From Octopus sinensis (lineage: Eukaryota): DNA of 64,000 nt. This document shows, piece by piece, positions 24,881 through 37,269 of this stretch (positions are counted from its first letter, which is position 1; each line of letters starts with the position of its first letter). Below the pieces are notes generated by a model. It saw only the letters and a program-made list of their open reading frames with translations. It searched no databases and was not told where the DNA came from. The stretch lies in NCBI RefSeq assembly GCF_006345805.1, contig NC_043007.1, positions 58,714,001-58,778,000 on the forward strand. Direction: 5' to 3'. The position numbers and the translations under genes were made by a program.

Positions 24881-25651
24881 TTTTTGATTTTCTGATATTT
24901 GTTACGCCCTATATTAACCTTAACTTCCATCTCTAGCATATTTCTGGATATCCAGGACAGAACTCTTAAAAGCTAAAATATTTTGGTGATAGCATTATTT
25001 GATATGATATACATTATGATACGCATTATTAAAAAAGTTATGGTTACGATTATGTTGAAAATTTCAGTTTCAAAAGGAGATTTTACTGCTATTTCATAAC
25101 GTTGAATTTTAACGACACGCTGTCTGTTTTTCTAAACTAAATGCTTGTCAATTTTATCCGTGATCATCTCATTCTTTTTAACATAAGTACAATTTATTGT
25201 GTTTCTCACCCGGAATTTCAATTCCTCGTAACATGGATGGATGGATGAAAAGCAAAATTAACCTCGGCGGTATTTGACTCGGGATGTAAAGGGCCCTAAC
25301 TGTACAACAGTTCGAACTTGGTAAGTACTGGTTCCAAAATCAGGCTCAAGGCGTCGAATTTATAGGTAAGTATGAACATTTATATATCTTCCTTAGCAGT
25401 ATTAGAGAATAAATAGCGTTAAGAAGTGTTCATAATTGATTCAACTTAGCTTGCCGGACAGAGCTAACAAATATTAGGAGAAACCATAAATTTGAAGCCC
25501 CCCTACTTTTTGATATACTGAAAAGGTTACTGCAAAGTAGTCGACACTGATGGATTTTCGCTTCTCATCTATAAAAAGAAAAAAATGCACAAGAAAAGTG
25601 AAAAGATGTAAAACAGTTTACTAAAAGATCACAACCAGGCTGAAAAATTCA

Positions 25652-25831
<180 letters not shown>

Positions 25832-25899
25832 TTATTTGTTATGCTTCTTTTTCCGACAGAGTTGTTCTGGAAGTCTGAATGGGAAAACAAGGAAAATGA

Positions 25900-26120
25900 G
25901 ACGGCAACTTTGTCAACTTCCGGTGCTGAACAATAATGGCCGTTACTAATGCATTGTGGGTATTTAGCACAGCTTCCGCCGGTTCAGCAGGAAGTTAAGG
26001 TAGTTGGGTGGAGGGAGAGAAAGTCAGAAGGAAAGAAGAAAAGAAAGAAAAATATTGAAAAATTGGAAATTGACACGTGATGGTTGTTTCATAAAAATAC
26101 CCCTCTTCCTGGTCTATCTG
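25900..26120. promoter_or_regulatory. Probable bidirectional promoter between PSMA6 (-) and SLC35B2 (+)
   Basis: ACTTCCGG (ETS/GABP-type, 25916-25923); TACCCACAATGCATTAG on the minus strand (ZNF143/Staf-type, 25962-25946); CAGGAAGT (25988-25995); CACGTG E-box (26074-26079); pyrimidine initiator-like CTCTTCCT near 26103. Starts about 150 bp upstream of the PSMA6 ATG. Confidence 0.7.
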
Positions 26121-26724
26121 CAGTCGCACTTCGCTTGTTTGTAGACTTCACTTGTCAAGTTATCATATTTTTTTTTTACTTATTTATAAAAAAAAAGTGT
26201 TGAAAGCTATATTATAAAACTTCAAGAATTATTAATTAAAATGACCCAAGTACAATAGAAAGTGTTTAATAATATATTATCAATTTATATAGATACTTTA
26301 TGACATTTAAAAAAACTTTAAGTGATTTACATAGCTTCACTACTTTCACAGGTGAGTACTTTCACTCTGTTTACAAAATAATGAAAGCAAGGTGTGTTGG
26401 AAAAAGCCGTAACCACTCGTTAATTCATTTGTTTTGTTTCATTCTTTCATTTCCTGTCAAGTTTATATCATTTGACCAGGAAAAGTTCGTAAGGCTTTAA
26501 AAACAAGACATCGGAACTCTTCGTTTAAAATTATCACTTAATACCGTCATAGAATCTATCAACATTGTTATCATCATCATCATCGCCATCACTCTCTCCG
26601 TTAGCAACACAACGATTCCAGCTACAAATTGGAAGACGTCACTTCGTCGCTATATTTGCATGGATTTTGCTGACGCTGATTATACACTCGTCCATTGTTT
26701 ACTATATAGCTTTGTGTTACTCGC

Positions 26725-26747
26725 ATGATGAAAATAACCAGCCGCAT
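26725..26747 (+). CDS. SLC35B2: Candidate first coding mini-exon of SLC35B2 (MMKITSR-I), phase 2
   Basis: ATG ATG AAA ATA ACC AGC CGC AT|GTATGT is phase-compatible with the acceptor at 48848 (AT+A = Ile) and lies just downstream of the promoter. No transcript evidence available. Confidence 0.35.
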
Positions 26748-27916
26748 GTATGTAGAAAATATACACACATTTTCTAATAGGGCAACTCTTTTCTGCTTTT
26801 TCTAAATCCATGATTTTTTTTTTTTTAGATTGGAATAAGTTTAAATTCTTATACTAAAATGTTAGTGTTCCTCTTTAAGGAGTGCTTAGTTATTGTTTGA
26901 TTGCTTAATATATTTACTATAATTTTTTTTTTAATGATTTTTATTTACGTTTTGATCTTTTCAATTTTCACATGTTCAATATTTTATTTTTGCTACTGAT
27001 ATTGTTTTTGCCTGAAATTTTTGATCACAATTACTTTTTTAAAAATTCAGTTAACCTAAGAATTATACAGTTGCGTATATCGAAAATGAGGGGAATCTAT
27101 TACTTAAATAAATAAATGAAAACACTGATTCGTAAGCTGTGCCAACTTTTCACTTCTGTTTGACTTCAGAATTCTCGTAACTCACCATTCCCACCGACCT
27201 CTTAGTTTATATATCATCATTTATCTCTCTACTTCAACTGCAGCAGCAACATTACTGTATCTCCAAGGTTGTTCATTTTTGTTTATGATACTTTTCATAT
27301 TTTTGTTTCTTTTAAACCGTTGGTTTGTCTTTGGAGTAAATCTATTCAATCGCTACATTGTTTGATGTTACCGTGAGTGCGACTTATTATTCCGATATAA
27401 GTAATATGTCATTGAATATCAACATCGCCTTTTAGTTTCCTCTTTCAAAAAGACATCTACATCTTCTACCTACTTGGTTCATTTCTTTAACTTCGCTTCA
27501 TCTTTTATTTCAACTTTCTACTTTTGCATCTGCTTGTATATTTTACATTTATTCGCATCACGCACATTTTGCGAAAACGTCTAACAAAAACTTAGAATTT
27601 CATAAATATAGAAAGCATTCATGGTAAATTAAACACATTCGTGTATAAATTTCTGAATGTACACACACACTGATACACTGGATAAAACCAGGGAACTTGG
27701 ATGCTGACATCTCTTTAAGAGGTTTTTTATATTCTTGGTTCAGTAATAAAGTATGTCAGAGATGCATTTTACATGATGCAAACATATCTGGAATAAAACT
27801 CAGTACGATGTGTGGAATAGATAGATATTTATTATCAAAGTGACAGTCTACTCTAACGAGTTCCACTATTAACTGACTGGCACAAATTGAAGGAACAGAA
27901 TTCATACATGAGAGTA

Positions 27917-28289
27917 TTCTTTTACTTGTATAAGTCATTTTGACTACGGCCATGCTGGAGCACCGCCTAAAAGCGTTTTTAGTCAAAGCAATCTACTCCA
28001 GGACTTATCCTTTGTAAGCCTAGTACTTATTTTTTCGGTTAATTTTGCCGAACAGCTAAGTTATGGGGACGTAAACATAGCATCATCGGTTGTCAAGCGA
28101 TAGTGGGCGGGAGACAAACATATATAAATATGTACATACATAAATATATATATAAACGACGGGCTTCTTTTAGTTTCCGTTTGGTCGGCCCGAAGCTATA
28201 GAAGACATTTGCCCAAGGTGCCATGCAGTGGGACTGAACCCGGAACCATGCGGTTGAGAAGCAAGCTTCTTACCACACAGCCACTCCTA
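27917..28289 (-). mobile_element. tRNA-type SINE (same family; further copies at about 20300-20515, 23527-23655, 36405-36722, 51095-51253, 51826-52070, 53735-54100, 62575-62732)
   Basis: Shared blocks GTGGCTGTGTGGTAAGAAGCTTGCTT, GGTTCAGTCCCACTG, CCTTGGGCAAGTGTCTTC, AAGTACTAGGCTTACAAAG and CTCCAGCATGGCCG. Confidence 0.85.
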
Positions 28290-29228
28290 TATTTTTTATT
28301 CGACTCAAAAGTTTTAAAAAAGTGACTCGAGAATTTTAAGCATTGTACTTGTCAAACTAACAGTTCAGACAGGCAAAATATGCTGGGATATTTGATGTTT
28401 TATATAACTTTATAGCCAAATAATATATATATCACACGCACGCATGCACACGCAATGTGTGCGTGTATATATGTATACAATTTTATTGGCAACATTAGTA
28501 GTGTAATGAATAGAGTGTGCTGCGATATTTGTTCCGATTCTGAGTTCAAAACTCATTAAGTTCATCTTTATTCTTCAAAGTAACAAATCTCTCTTATCTA
28601 TCAATCACAGAAGTCTGAAAGCCCTCTCTGCCAACAGGAACATCCTAGGTTAAAGACAGACTAAAGCATGAGGGACAGACTATCTGTTGGCTCATACATC
28701 TATCTATCTATATTATACTAAAACTTAGTTTTCCTGCCATTTGATTAAGATGATAAAGATTACAAATAAAAGGTCTTTTCCCCATTTAGGAAAAATAAAT
28801 CAAGTTGAAAATGTCGACACTTCAAAGAATCCTGTCAATTACCGCCGTCCCTCCTTTTTTCTTACTTTCTTTTTTCTTTGCGAGTGCCGTAGACTCGAAA
28901 GATAGAAATTCTCCCTATACATATTTTTATGAGATATTTGGGAATTACGGATACTAGAATTTTTTTTTTTTTGTCTTAAAGGGGAAAATTACTATTATAT
29001 TTGAAATAAAATATTAATCTTTATCATCTTATTCAAAAGTAGAAAAAGCAGACAGAAGGACTGTCTCTTTATAGACGAAGATCAATTGCAATGAGAGAAA
29101 TTGAATCTCATAAGAATGTCCCAGTATATTTTGCCTGTCTGAACATGCACTGTTAGTTTGACAATAGGGCGTAACTTCGGTATACGTCCCGGATGTACCG
29201 GATACATTTCAAGAAAGTGTTTATATAT

Positions 29229-29272
<44 letters not shown>

Positions 29273-29284
29273 CACACACACACA

Positions 29285-30788
29285 CACTAGCATTATGACC
29301 CGTCGTTGCCGGGTCATAGTGCTAGTGCATGTATATATGTGTACATATTACATGTACATCTATATATATATACGTCTACACATAAAATACAAAGTTATAT
29401 TTTGATATCGCTAGTGATAACAATACTCAAAATATATAACAGACTGGAATTGTAGGCTCGTCACTTGCAATTGTGTCTTGTCCTCCCTCTTGTATAGAAG
29501 TGTGGCTACAATCCAGCCTACCTCTACTTCTGGGGGGACATTTTAAATTTTTATACGGGACGTCCTACGTCCCAGATATAAAGGTATAAATAAAATATTT
29601 CCACTTTGCAAGGTTCAAGTCGAGTACCCCCTTGCACGCTCCGTTAACTCGAACCTTGCTTCTATTGTGGCGATAACTTTCATAGTCGCACCAAGACACT
29701 TTTCGATGGTGCTTTCCTCCAGGTGTTCAAATCTTTTTTTTTTTATATATATTGTATACTTTATAGACAATAGTCTTTAATTTAATTTTTTATTTCGTTT
29801 GGTGGTGTTATCATAGATTCACCGTCTTTGTCAGTGATCAATCCATATTTCCTCCATTCTAATTTCAATGAGTTCGCGCCCGCCGACGGCTGCAGCGAAA
29901 TTCATTTTTGGACTTTCTTCTATCGAAGGCATTCTAACAAAAATGCTTCCGTGTAAACAGTGAAAATATTGTCAATTTCCCCAAACAGGGACACAATTCA
30001 ATTTTTAAACTATAACCAAAGCTCCTTCTCCCAAAGGGGGAGGGTTACAGTTTACAATTATTTAACAAATGCAACACAATGTTTCCTTTACGAGGAACCA
30101 ACAAACGTGATAACAATAGTTAAACAGTAATAATAATGATAACAACAAACCTTACGATGAATCAGAAAGCAGTAAGCAGTTGAAGCTTTAGTCCTTTATG
30201 TATAAGAAATAAACCAACAGCAGTACTCTGTAGAAGCGGCTGTTCGAGAAAACAGATATTACATACAGCCAAACTTCATATAGATACTTAATGCTAGCTA
30301 ATTAGCAGATAATCTAATGTAAAAGCACAGCTCCATCTGGACTATTCCATTTCTGCACGCTAATTTTATTTTTAATTTATTCCCATTCATGTGAAACCAC
30401 TTATTCAAGTTCAAGTCATTGATGCAATTTTATACCAATTGCTATTTTTACTTTTGTTATGTTACGATTATATTATACTTTAGTTTGATTTTAATTATTA
30501 CTTACTACATATAATTCAATTGTTATTATTATTTTTATTGTTAAAGTGAAAGTATCTGACATAAAATAGAGAAATGTTTTTGTTTCACTTTTAACACGTA
30601 ATACTGAAATAGTGGCGAAGATATGATATTGCTATGGGCTCGCTCTAGGCAAGAAGTTGAACATTTTTTTTTGTAACTAAGTAAGGCATGTGTAATATTT
30701 GAATGAAATTGGTTGTGTAGTTCTCAAGTTTTAGGGAAATACACAGACAGACAGACAGACACATTCTCAGTTTTATATATATAGAGAT
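29285..30788 (+). mobile_element. Non-autonomous Helitron-family (Helentron/HINE-like) element
   Basis: 5' ACTAG...ACCCG/CGGG hairpin (18-bp arms, 29285-29327); 3' end with (GACA)n followed by a short TTTTATATATATAG tail, as in DINE-1/HINE-like elements. Confidence 0.6.
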
Positions 30789-30859
30789 AGGGTTAGGGGT
30801 GGAAGAAAAGGGTTTCTGTTATCTTCAGAAATGTAAACAAAGCCACTTACGATACTTAT

Positions 30860-31420
30860 ACCGAAGGATCGCCCCGGGTTCCACTATATGGCACCTTGGG
30901 TTGTACCTTATAATGAGACTCTTTGAAGAACATTTAAATGCCACTGCATTGTTGAAATCATTGCCTCAGTGAGGTCAGTTACGTCATCGAGTACACACTG
31001 AAAGGAAATGACCAAGCTTCTATGATAACGAAATTAGTCAATATCTAATGGGTTAGGGTTAGCAGTTGCATCCATTTTAGGATTTTCAGTTCATGAAAGA
31101 GCACCTGCAATAGTGAGACTGCAAGTTCATCTACCAGATGAACAAAGAATATTGCTCAGAAATTATGAGGATATATTAATATATGGCTGTCAATAAGCGA
31201 CATATGAGAACAACATTGACAGAAATGTTTTCATTGTGCATCAATAATGACTTCACAAAAACATTACTTTATGCTGAAGTATCCATGTAATTCACTTGGA
31301 ACAGTAGTGACAAAGAAGAAAGCGAGGAAAAAGTTGAGGTCATTTGAGCGTTTTCAAAGAAGAACCACTTGGTCATGTTTATGTTGTTACACTAAAGGCT
31401 GGAGAACTATATTATTTAAG
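30860..31420 (+). mobile_element. Helitron Rep-helicase relic
   Basis: Broken frames give WVVPYN, FKCHCIVE, KGNDQAS, DEISQYL, ILGFSVHERAPAIVRLQVHLPDEQ and TLLYAEV, characteristic of the region after the Rep domain. Confidence 0.8.
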
Positions 31421-31779
31421 AATTTTATTGCATGAAGTTTGAAATAATATTTTTTCTTTTCCCGCTGTGCACTGGCATTTTCAACTTGGATTGGTTGTGA
31501 CCCAGTGGGTCACGGCAAGTACACCTAGTAGCTACCCAAACTTGCCATACTGAAAAGCATGTCACCCCTTAATCGTTTGTTGTGACTATATATTTAATCT
31601 TTTTCCATTCATTTCTTTCTTCCTTGAAATTATGCTTAAAGAGTGCCTTATTTAATTTTAAAAGTTCATTCTGCAATCGAAAATTTTAACCACGATATAT
31701 GGTGATTATTGTTCATAGGTTTATGCACTGTGTTATATACTGGCCCCCACTATTCTAGTATAAGTTATATTTTTAAAAA

Positions 31780-31810
<31 letters not shown>

Positions 31811-31812
<2 letters not shown>

Positions 31813-33795
31813 CATCATCATCGTTTAATGTCCGCTTTCCATGCTAGCATGGATTGGAGGATTTGACTGAGGTCTGGTGAACCAGATGGCTGCACCAGAC
31901 TCCAATCTGATCTGGCAGAGTTTCTACAGCTGGATGCCCTTCCTAACACTCCAAGAGTATAGTGGGTGCTTTTATGTGCCACCAGCACGAGGGCTGGTCA
32001 GGCAGTACTGGCAACGGCCGCGCTCAAATGGTGCTTTTTATGTGCCACCTGCATAGGTGCCAGTCCAGCGGCACTGGCAACAACCTTGCTCAAATGTTTT
32101 TTCACATGCCACCAGCATAAGTGCCAGTAAGGCGACGCAGGTAACAAACACGCTCGAATGGTGTTTTTTACATGCCATCGGCACGGAGGCCAGCTTGTTA
32201 TTCTGGCAATGATCTCACTTGTATGGTGCACTTAGCGCTCCACTAGCACGGATGCCAGTCATCCATTTTGATTTCAATTTCACTTGCCTCAACAGGTCTC
32301 CGCAAGCAGAGTTTAGTGTCCAATGAAGGAAAGGTACGCATAAGTGGACTGGTTACACCCCTGGCATAGGCCACGAGGTTATGGTCTCACTTGAGCTTGC
32401 TGAGTCTTCTCAAGTACAGCATATTACCAAAGGACCCAGTCACTAGTCATTGCCTCGGTGAGGCCCAATGTTCGAAGGTCATGCTTCACCACCTCATCCC
32501 AGGCTTTTCTGGGTCTACCTTTTTCACGGGTTCCCTCAACTGCTATAGTGTAGCACTTCTTCACACAGCTATCCACATCCATTCTCATCACATGACCATA
32601 CCGGTGCAGTTGTCTCTCTTGCACACCACATCTAATGCTTCTTAGGTACAACTTTTCTCTCAAGGTACTAACACTCTGTCGAGTATGCACACTGACATTA
32701 CACATCCATCGGATCATACTGGCTTCATTCCTTGCGAGCTTACGCATGTCCTCAGCAGTCATGGCCCATGTTTCACTGCCATGTAGCATGGCTGTTCGTA
32801 CACATGCGTTATACAGTCTGCCTTTTACTCTGAGTGAGAGGCCCTTTGTCACCAGCATAGGTAAGAGCTCTCTGAACTTAGCCCAGGCTATTCTTATTCT
32901 AGCAGCTACACTTTCAGCCCACCCTCCCCCACTACTGACTTGGTCACCTAGGTAACAGAAGCTATCAACTACTTCTAGTTTTTCTCCTTGGAATATGGCA
33001 AAAGTTGTTCTCTGCACATTTTCAGTGTTATTTACTGCTCCTGAGCATCTTCCACATACAAAAACTATCTTCCCAGTTAGCCTTCCTTTGATATTGCTGC
33101 ACTTCTTATGTGTCCATAGCTTACACTGGGTACATCTTATAGAGTTTCTACCTATGCCTTTTTTATAGATTGAGCAGGGCCATCAGCCTGAAGGGATTTG
33201 TGGTTTGCCTGCCTTTCTACTTATTAGGACTTTGGTTTTAGCTAGGTTGACTCTAAGGCCCTTCGATTCTAATCCTCGTTTCCACACTTGAAACTTCTCC
33301 TCTAGTTATTATAGTAACTCAGCAATTAAAGCAAGGTTGTCAGCATAGAGGAGCTCCCAGGGGCATCCTGTCTTGAATTCCTCCGTTATTGCCTGGAGGA
33401 CTATGATAAATTGGAGGGGGCTGAGGACTGAACCTTGGTGGACCTCTACCCTGAATTCTTCACTGTACTCGTTGCCAACCCTCACCTTACTGACAGCAAT
33501 CCTGTACATGGCTTGCACAGCTCTCACTAACCATTCATCTATCCCTAGTTTCTCATTGACCACTAGGTAAGGGATCGAGGTCCCTGTTAAAGGTTTTCTC
33601 CATGTCAACGAAAGCCAGGTACAGGGGCTTATCTTTGGTTAGGTATTTCTCCTGCAGCTGTCTTACCAGAAATATAGCATCAGTGGTGCTTTTCCCTGGC
33701 ACGAACTCAAACTGCATCTCATTCAGGCTATGACCCTCTCCGTGACCTTCATTACCTGATCCAACAACTTGATACCTCTGTAATTATTTGTATCT
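31811..33795 (-). mobile_element. 5'-truncated RTE-clade LINE with 3' UTR and (GAT)n tail
   Basis: RT motifs NYRGIKLL, VHQGSVLSPL, LLYADNLAL, LEVVDSFCYLG and GRPRKAWDEVV; the 3' UTR ends ...AAACGATGATGATGAT at 31811. Confidence 0.93.
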
Positions 33796-33861
33796 ATCTA
33801 TATATATATATAATCGCCGTGATAGATTGATAGCCACTACACACATTTTTCTTCTTTCTTT

Positions 33862-33903
33862 GTTTCTTTCTGTGGAAGAGCATAGGCTCAAAACGTAAAG
33901 GAC
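33862..33903 (+). ncRNA. Degenerate minimal type I hammerhead-like motif (family D)
   Basis: TTCTTT-CTGTGGA-A-GAGC ATAG GCTC-AAAA-CG-TA-AAGGA: 4-bp stem II, palindromic ACGT stem III, 5-bp stem I. Two core mismatches (A6, G12). Confidence 0.4.
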
Positions 33904-33997
33904 TTTTTCAATTCCTGAGCATTATACTAATACATCTGTTTGTTTTCTACACCACCTGTCTTCGTCTTTTGTTTTTTTTGCAAATTCTTCCCCTATG

Positions 33998-34030
<33 letters not shown>

Positions 34031-34036
<6 letters not shown>

Positions 34037-34660
34037 GAAATGAGGTACTCAGAAAATCGGATGATTTATATTTACAGATATTTATTTGTATATTACATAT
34101 GAAAACAATCATAAACAATCATAAAAGGAATTCTTCTCTAAACCCAAAAAACCATTTGACCATCCCTCATTAAACACACACACACTCTCTCACAATGATA
34201 AAAAGAAATATAATTTATGGTTTACCTCCCCGCCAATGAAATGATCAAAACTGAAATTCTTTTTTCCCCAAGATCTTAGAACCCCCTATGAGTAAGCATG
34301 CTGTCCAGCAGAGCAAAAAAAAATTATTTTCTTCTTCTTCCTTCTCCCTTCCCCTCTTTTTCTTTAGCACTCATTCCAAATACAAAAGAACACACACAAG
34401 CTCTCTCTCTCTCACTTTCTCCTCATCCATCACCCTCTTGTACTGTCTTATATTCTTCCCCACCACTACAAACTCAATACCACTATAAAATGGTCAAAAC
34501 TTTTCACACAGGAACTTGGTTTGATTTGAAAACCCCACTAGAATGGGAGAAAGCAATAATACATGATCTAAGCTATATGATGTATAAAAAATGTAATATA
34601 CAAATAAATATCTGTAAATATAAACCATCCAATTTTCTGAGTACCTCATTTCTTCTAATA
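34031..34660. mobile_element. MITE-like element with about 75-bp inverted arms
   Basis: TTAGAAGAAATGAGGTACTCAGAAAAT...TTTACAGATATTTATTTGTATATTACAT at 34031-34100, with its reverse complement at about 34590-34660. Confidence 0.7.
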
Positions 34661-34704
34661 TAAAATACCTTTACATCATCTCCAAACCTTCCAATATATA
34701 TATA

Positions 34705-35296
34705 ACCCAGGAAAACCTGGGACGAGGTGGTGAAGCACAACCTTCTCTCTTTAGGTCTCACCGAGGAGATGACCTGAGACCGAGACCTTTGGAAGTATGC
34801 TGTGCGTGAGAAGACCCGGCAGGACAAGTGAGGCCATAACCCGTGGCCTCTACCTGGGACGTAGTCAGGCCACCTGTGCATACCTTCCTTCTTGGGACAC
34901 AAAACTCTACTTGTGAAGACCTGTTGAGGCAAGTGAAAATCGAAATCGATCAACATCAATGGAATTTGTAGTTGTGATACCAGTGCTGGTGGCACATAAG
35001 AGAACCATCTGAACGTGGCCGTAGCCAGCACCGCATCGCCTGGCCTCCGTGCCGGTGGCACGTAAAAAGCATCATCCGAGTGTGGCCGTTCGCCAGCCTC
35101 GTCTGGCACCTGTGTTGATGTCACGTAAAAAGCACCCACTACACTCATGGAGTGGTTGGCGTTAGGAAGGGCATCCAGCTGTAGAAACACTGCCAGATCT
35201 GACTGGGCCTGGTGCAGCCTTCGGGCTTCCCAGATCCCAGTTGAACTGTCCAACCCATGCTACCATGGAAAGTGGACGTTAATCGATGATGATGAT
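34705..35296 (+). mobile_element. Short 5'-truncated RTE copy (ORF end + 3' UTR)
   Basis: RKTWDEVVKH...KTRQDK* followed by the same 3' UTR and (GAT)n tail as 31811-33795. Confidence 0.9.
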
Positions 35297-35432
35297 ATAT
35301 ATATATATGATATGTATATATAATATATATATATATATATATAGTATTTAATCATGTCAAAGGGAAATGGAATTTAATTAAAATTAAAACATTCAATCAA
35401 AATTTACATTTCCAGTGGTCTAGCATGCAAAA

Positions 35433-35626
35433 AAAATTAGTCAAGAGGACTATATATTAGTCACATGATATAGTGTATATTTATACCCATAAGGAATCCA
35501 CTTAAAGTGAATTCAACACATTAGAAAGAACAGCTAGGTTCTGGTTTACAGAACCTAGCTGTTCATTCCTTATGGGTATAAATATACACTATATCATGTG
35601 ACTAATATATAGTCTTGACTAATTTT
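35433..35626. repeat. Nested perfect inverted repeat
   Basis: 50-bp perfect arms 35448-35497/35565-35614 enclosing a 16-bp perfect hairpin 35528-35543/35549-35564. Confidence 0.95.
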
Positions 35627-37269
35627 ATATCGTATAAAGTATAAATTAAATTAGAGATAAAACCACTATTAGGAAACTCAAACAGTGATAGATATAAACC
35701 AAAACATAAAAAACAAAAAATAAATATAATTAATATAATATGCAATATATATATAAATTTTAAATTATTTAAATTTGAAATTTTTAAATTTATTTATAAA
35801 TTTTTATATTTTTAAATTTTTAATCTTTAAAACTTTTAATTTTTTTTAAAAACTAACCAAAAAGTATAAAAAAGTTAAATATAATATAATAAGTATTATA
35901 TTATATATATATAATATATTGTTATGCCGCCACTCAGAGCCCAAGGCCTTCCGATTCCACCACAGGCCCTAAGTTGCGACGATGACACTCAGTAAACTGG
36001 AAATCCACCACGGGAAGGGGGGAAGGCGGCGAACGCAGACAGAAACCAACACAACAACAAAAGAAGAGACACAGGCAGAAGTTGCATAATTCAAACATTT
36101 TTTTTTTTTAACAAAACCAAAGTATTCACAACAACAGAGTTCTAAGAACAAATCATTTGCATTTAAACATAATACAGAGTTCGAAAAACAAATCATTTAA
36201 CATTAGCCACAATACAGTTCGATTTTTCAAGACAAATCATTTTACATTTAAAATGTAAAAGTTCACAATCAACAGTCTCTTAGAGCTCCACTTTCCTATT
36301 TTTTTTAACATGACAGTTCTCAAAAAGTTCCTTTTGCCTTTCTTTTAAAAACATTTCCAAGTTCTTTTTTTTTTCTTCCTTTTCTTTTCTTTTAAAAACA
36401 GCTAACAAATCGACCCCAGGACTTATTCTTTGTAAGCTTAGTACTTATTCTATCAGACTCTTTTGCCGAACTGCTAAGTTACAGGGACATAACCACATCA
36501 GCATCGGTTGTCAAGTGATGTTGAGGAGACAAACACAGACACACACACATATATATATATATACGACAGGCTTCTTTCAGTTTCCATCTACCAAATCCAC
36601 TCACTAGGCGTTGGTCAGCCCAAGGCTATAGTAGAAGACACTTGCCCAAAGTGCCATGCAGTGGGACTGAACCCGGAACCATGTGGTTGGTAAGCAAGCT
36701 ACTAACCACACAGCCACTTCTGCGCCATTAGATAATATAATCCTAGATATATTATTCTTGATACAATGACAAGATAGTCTACAGTTGGAATATTCTCAAT
36801 TATAAGTCTGCTTAATCAGAGCTAACCTAGAGCTAAACAATGACTAGGCTGACATTGCATAGCCAAGAACTTTTCAAAATGCTTACATAACGCTAAATAA
36901 ATATGGCTGGGTGTACAATCCACCCTACTGTACCTATAAAATCAAAAAGTGATTCCTTGATTTACAATTCAAAGTTCAATTCCTCCCACTTGCAAATCTA
37001 CCCAAAAGCAATTTTTGTTTTATTTACTTCACAAAAAAAAAAAAAACGGAAATAAGAAGCAGTCCAGTGGAACAGAGACATGCATGAAAGGACAGACAAG
37101 TTCTATATGATATACACTTACTTGATGGTTATATAATTCACTGGATTTGGATTCAAATAGAAACATACTGATGAGCTCTGAAATCAAAAAAATTTCAAAA
37201 TCAAGATTGTCCTTTTACATTCTCTTTCCACACACACACACACACACATTTTCTTCCTAATTATAGAAA

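Noticed and set aside
35925-36070. GC-rich island resembling the 3' end of a LINE on the minus strand
   Set aside because: Single copy in the window and no protein motif, so it cannot be assigned without a database search.
37162-37195. CTGATGA GCTCT GAAA, hammerhead-like spacing
   Set aside because: No credible stem II of 2 or more bp with a loop, no stem III or NUH triplet after GAAA, and no stem I.
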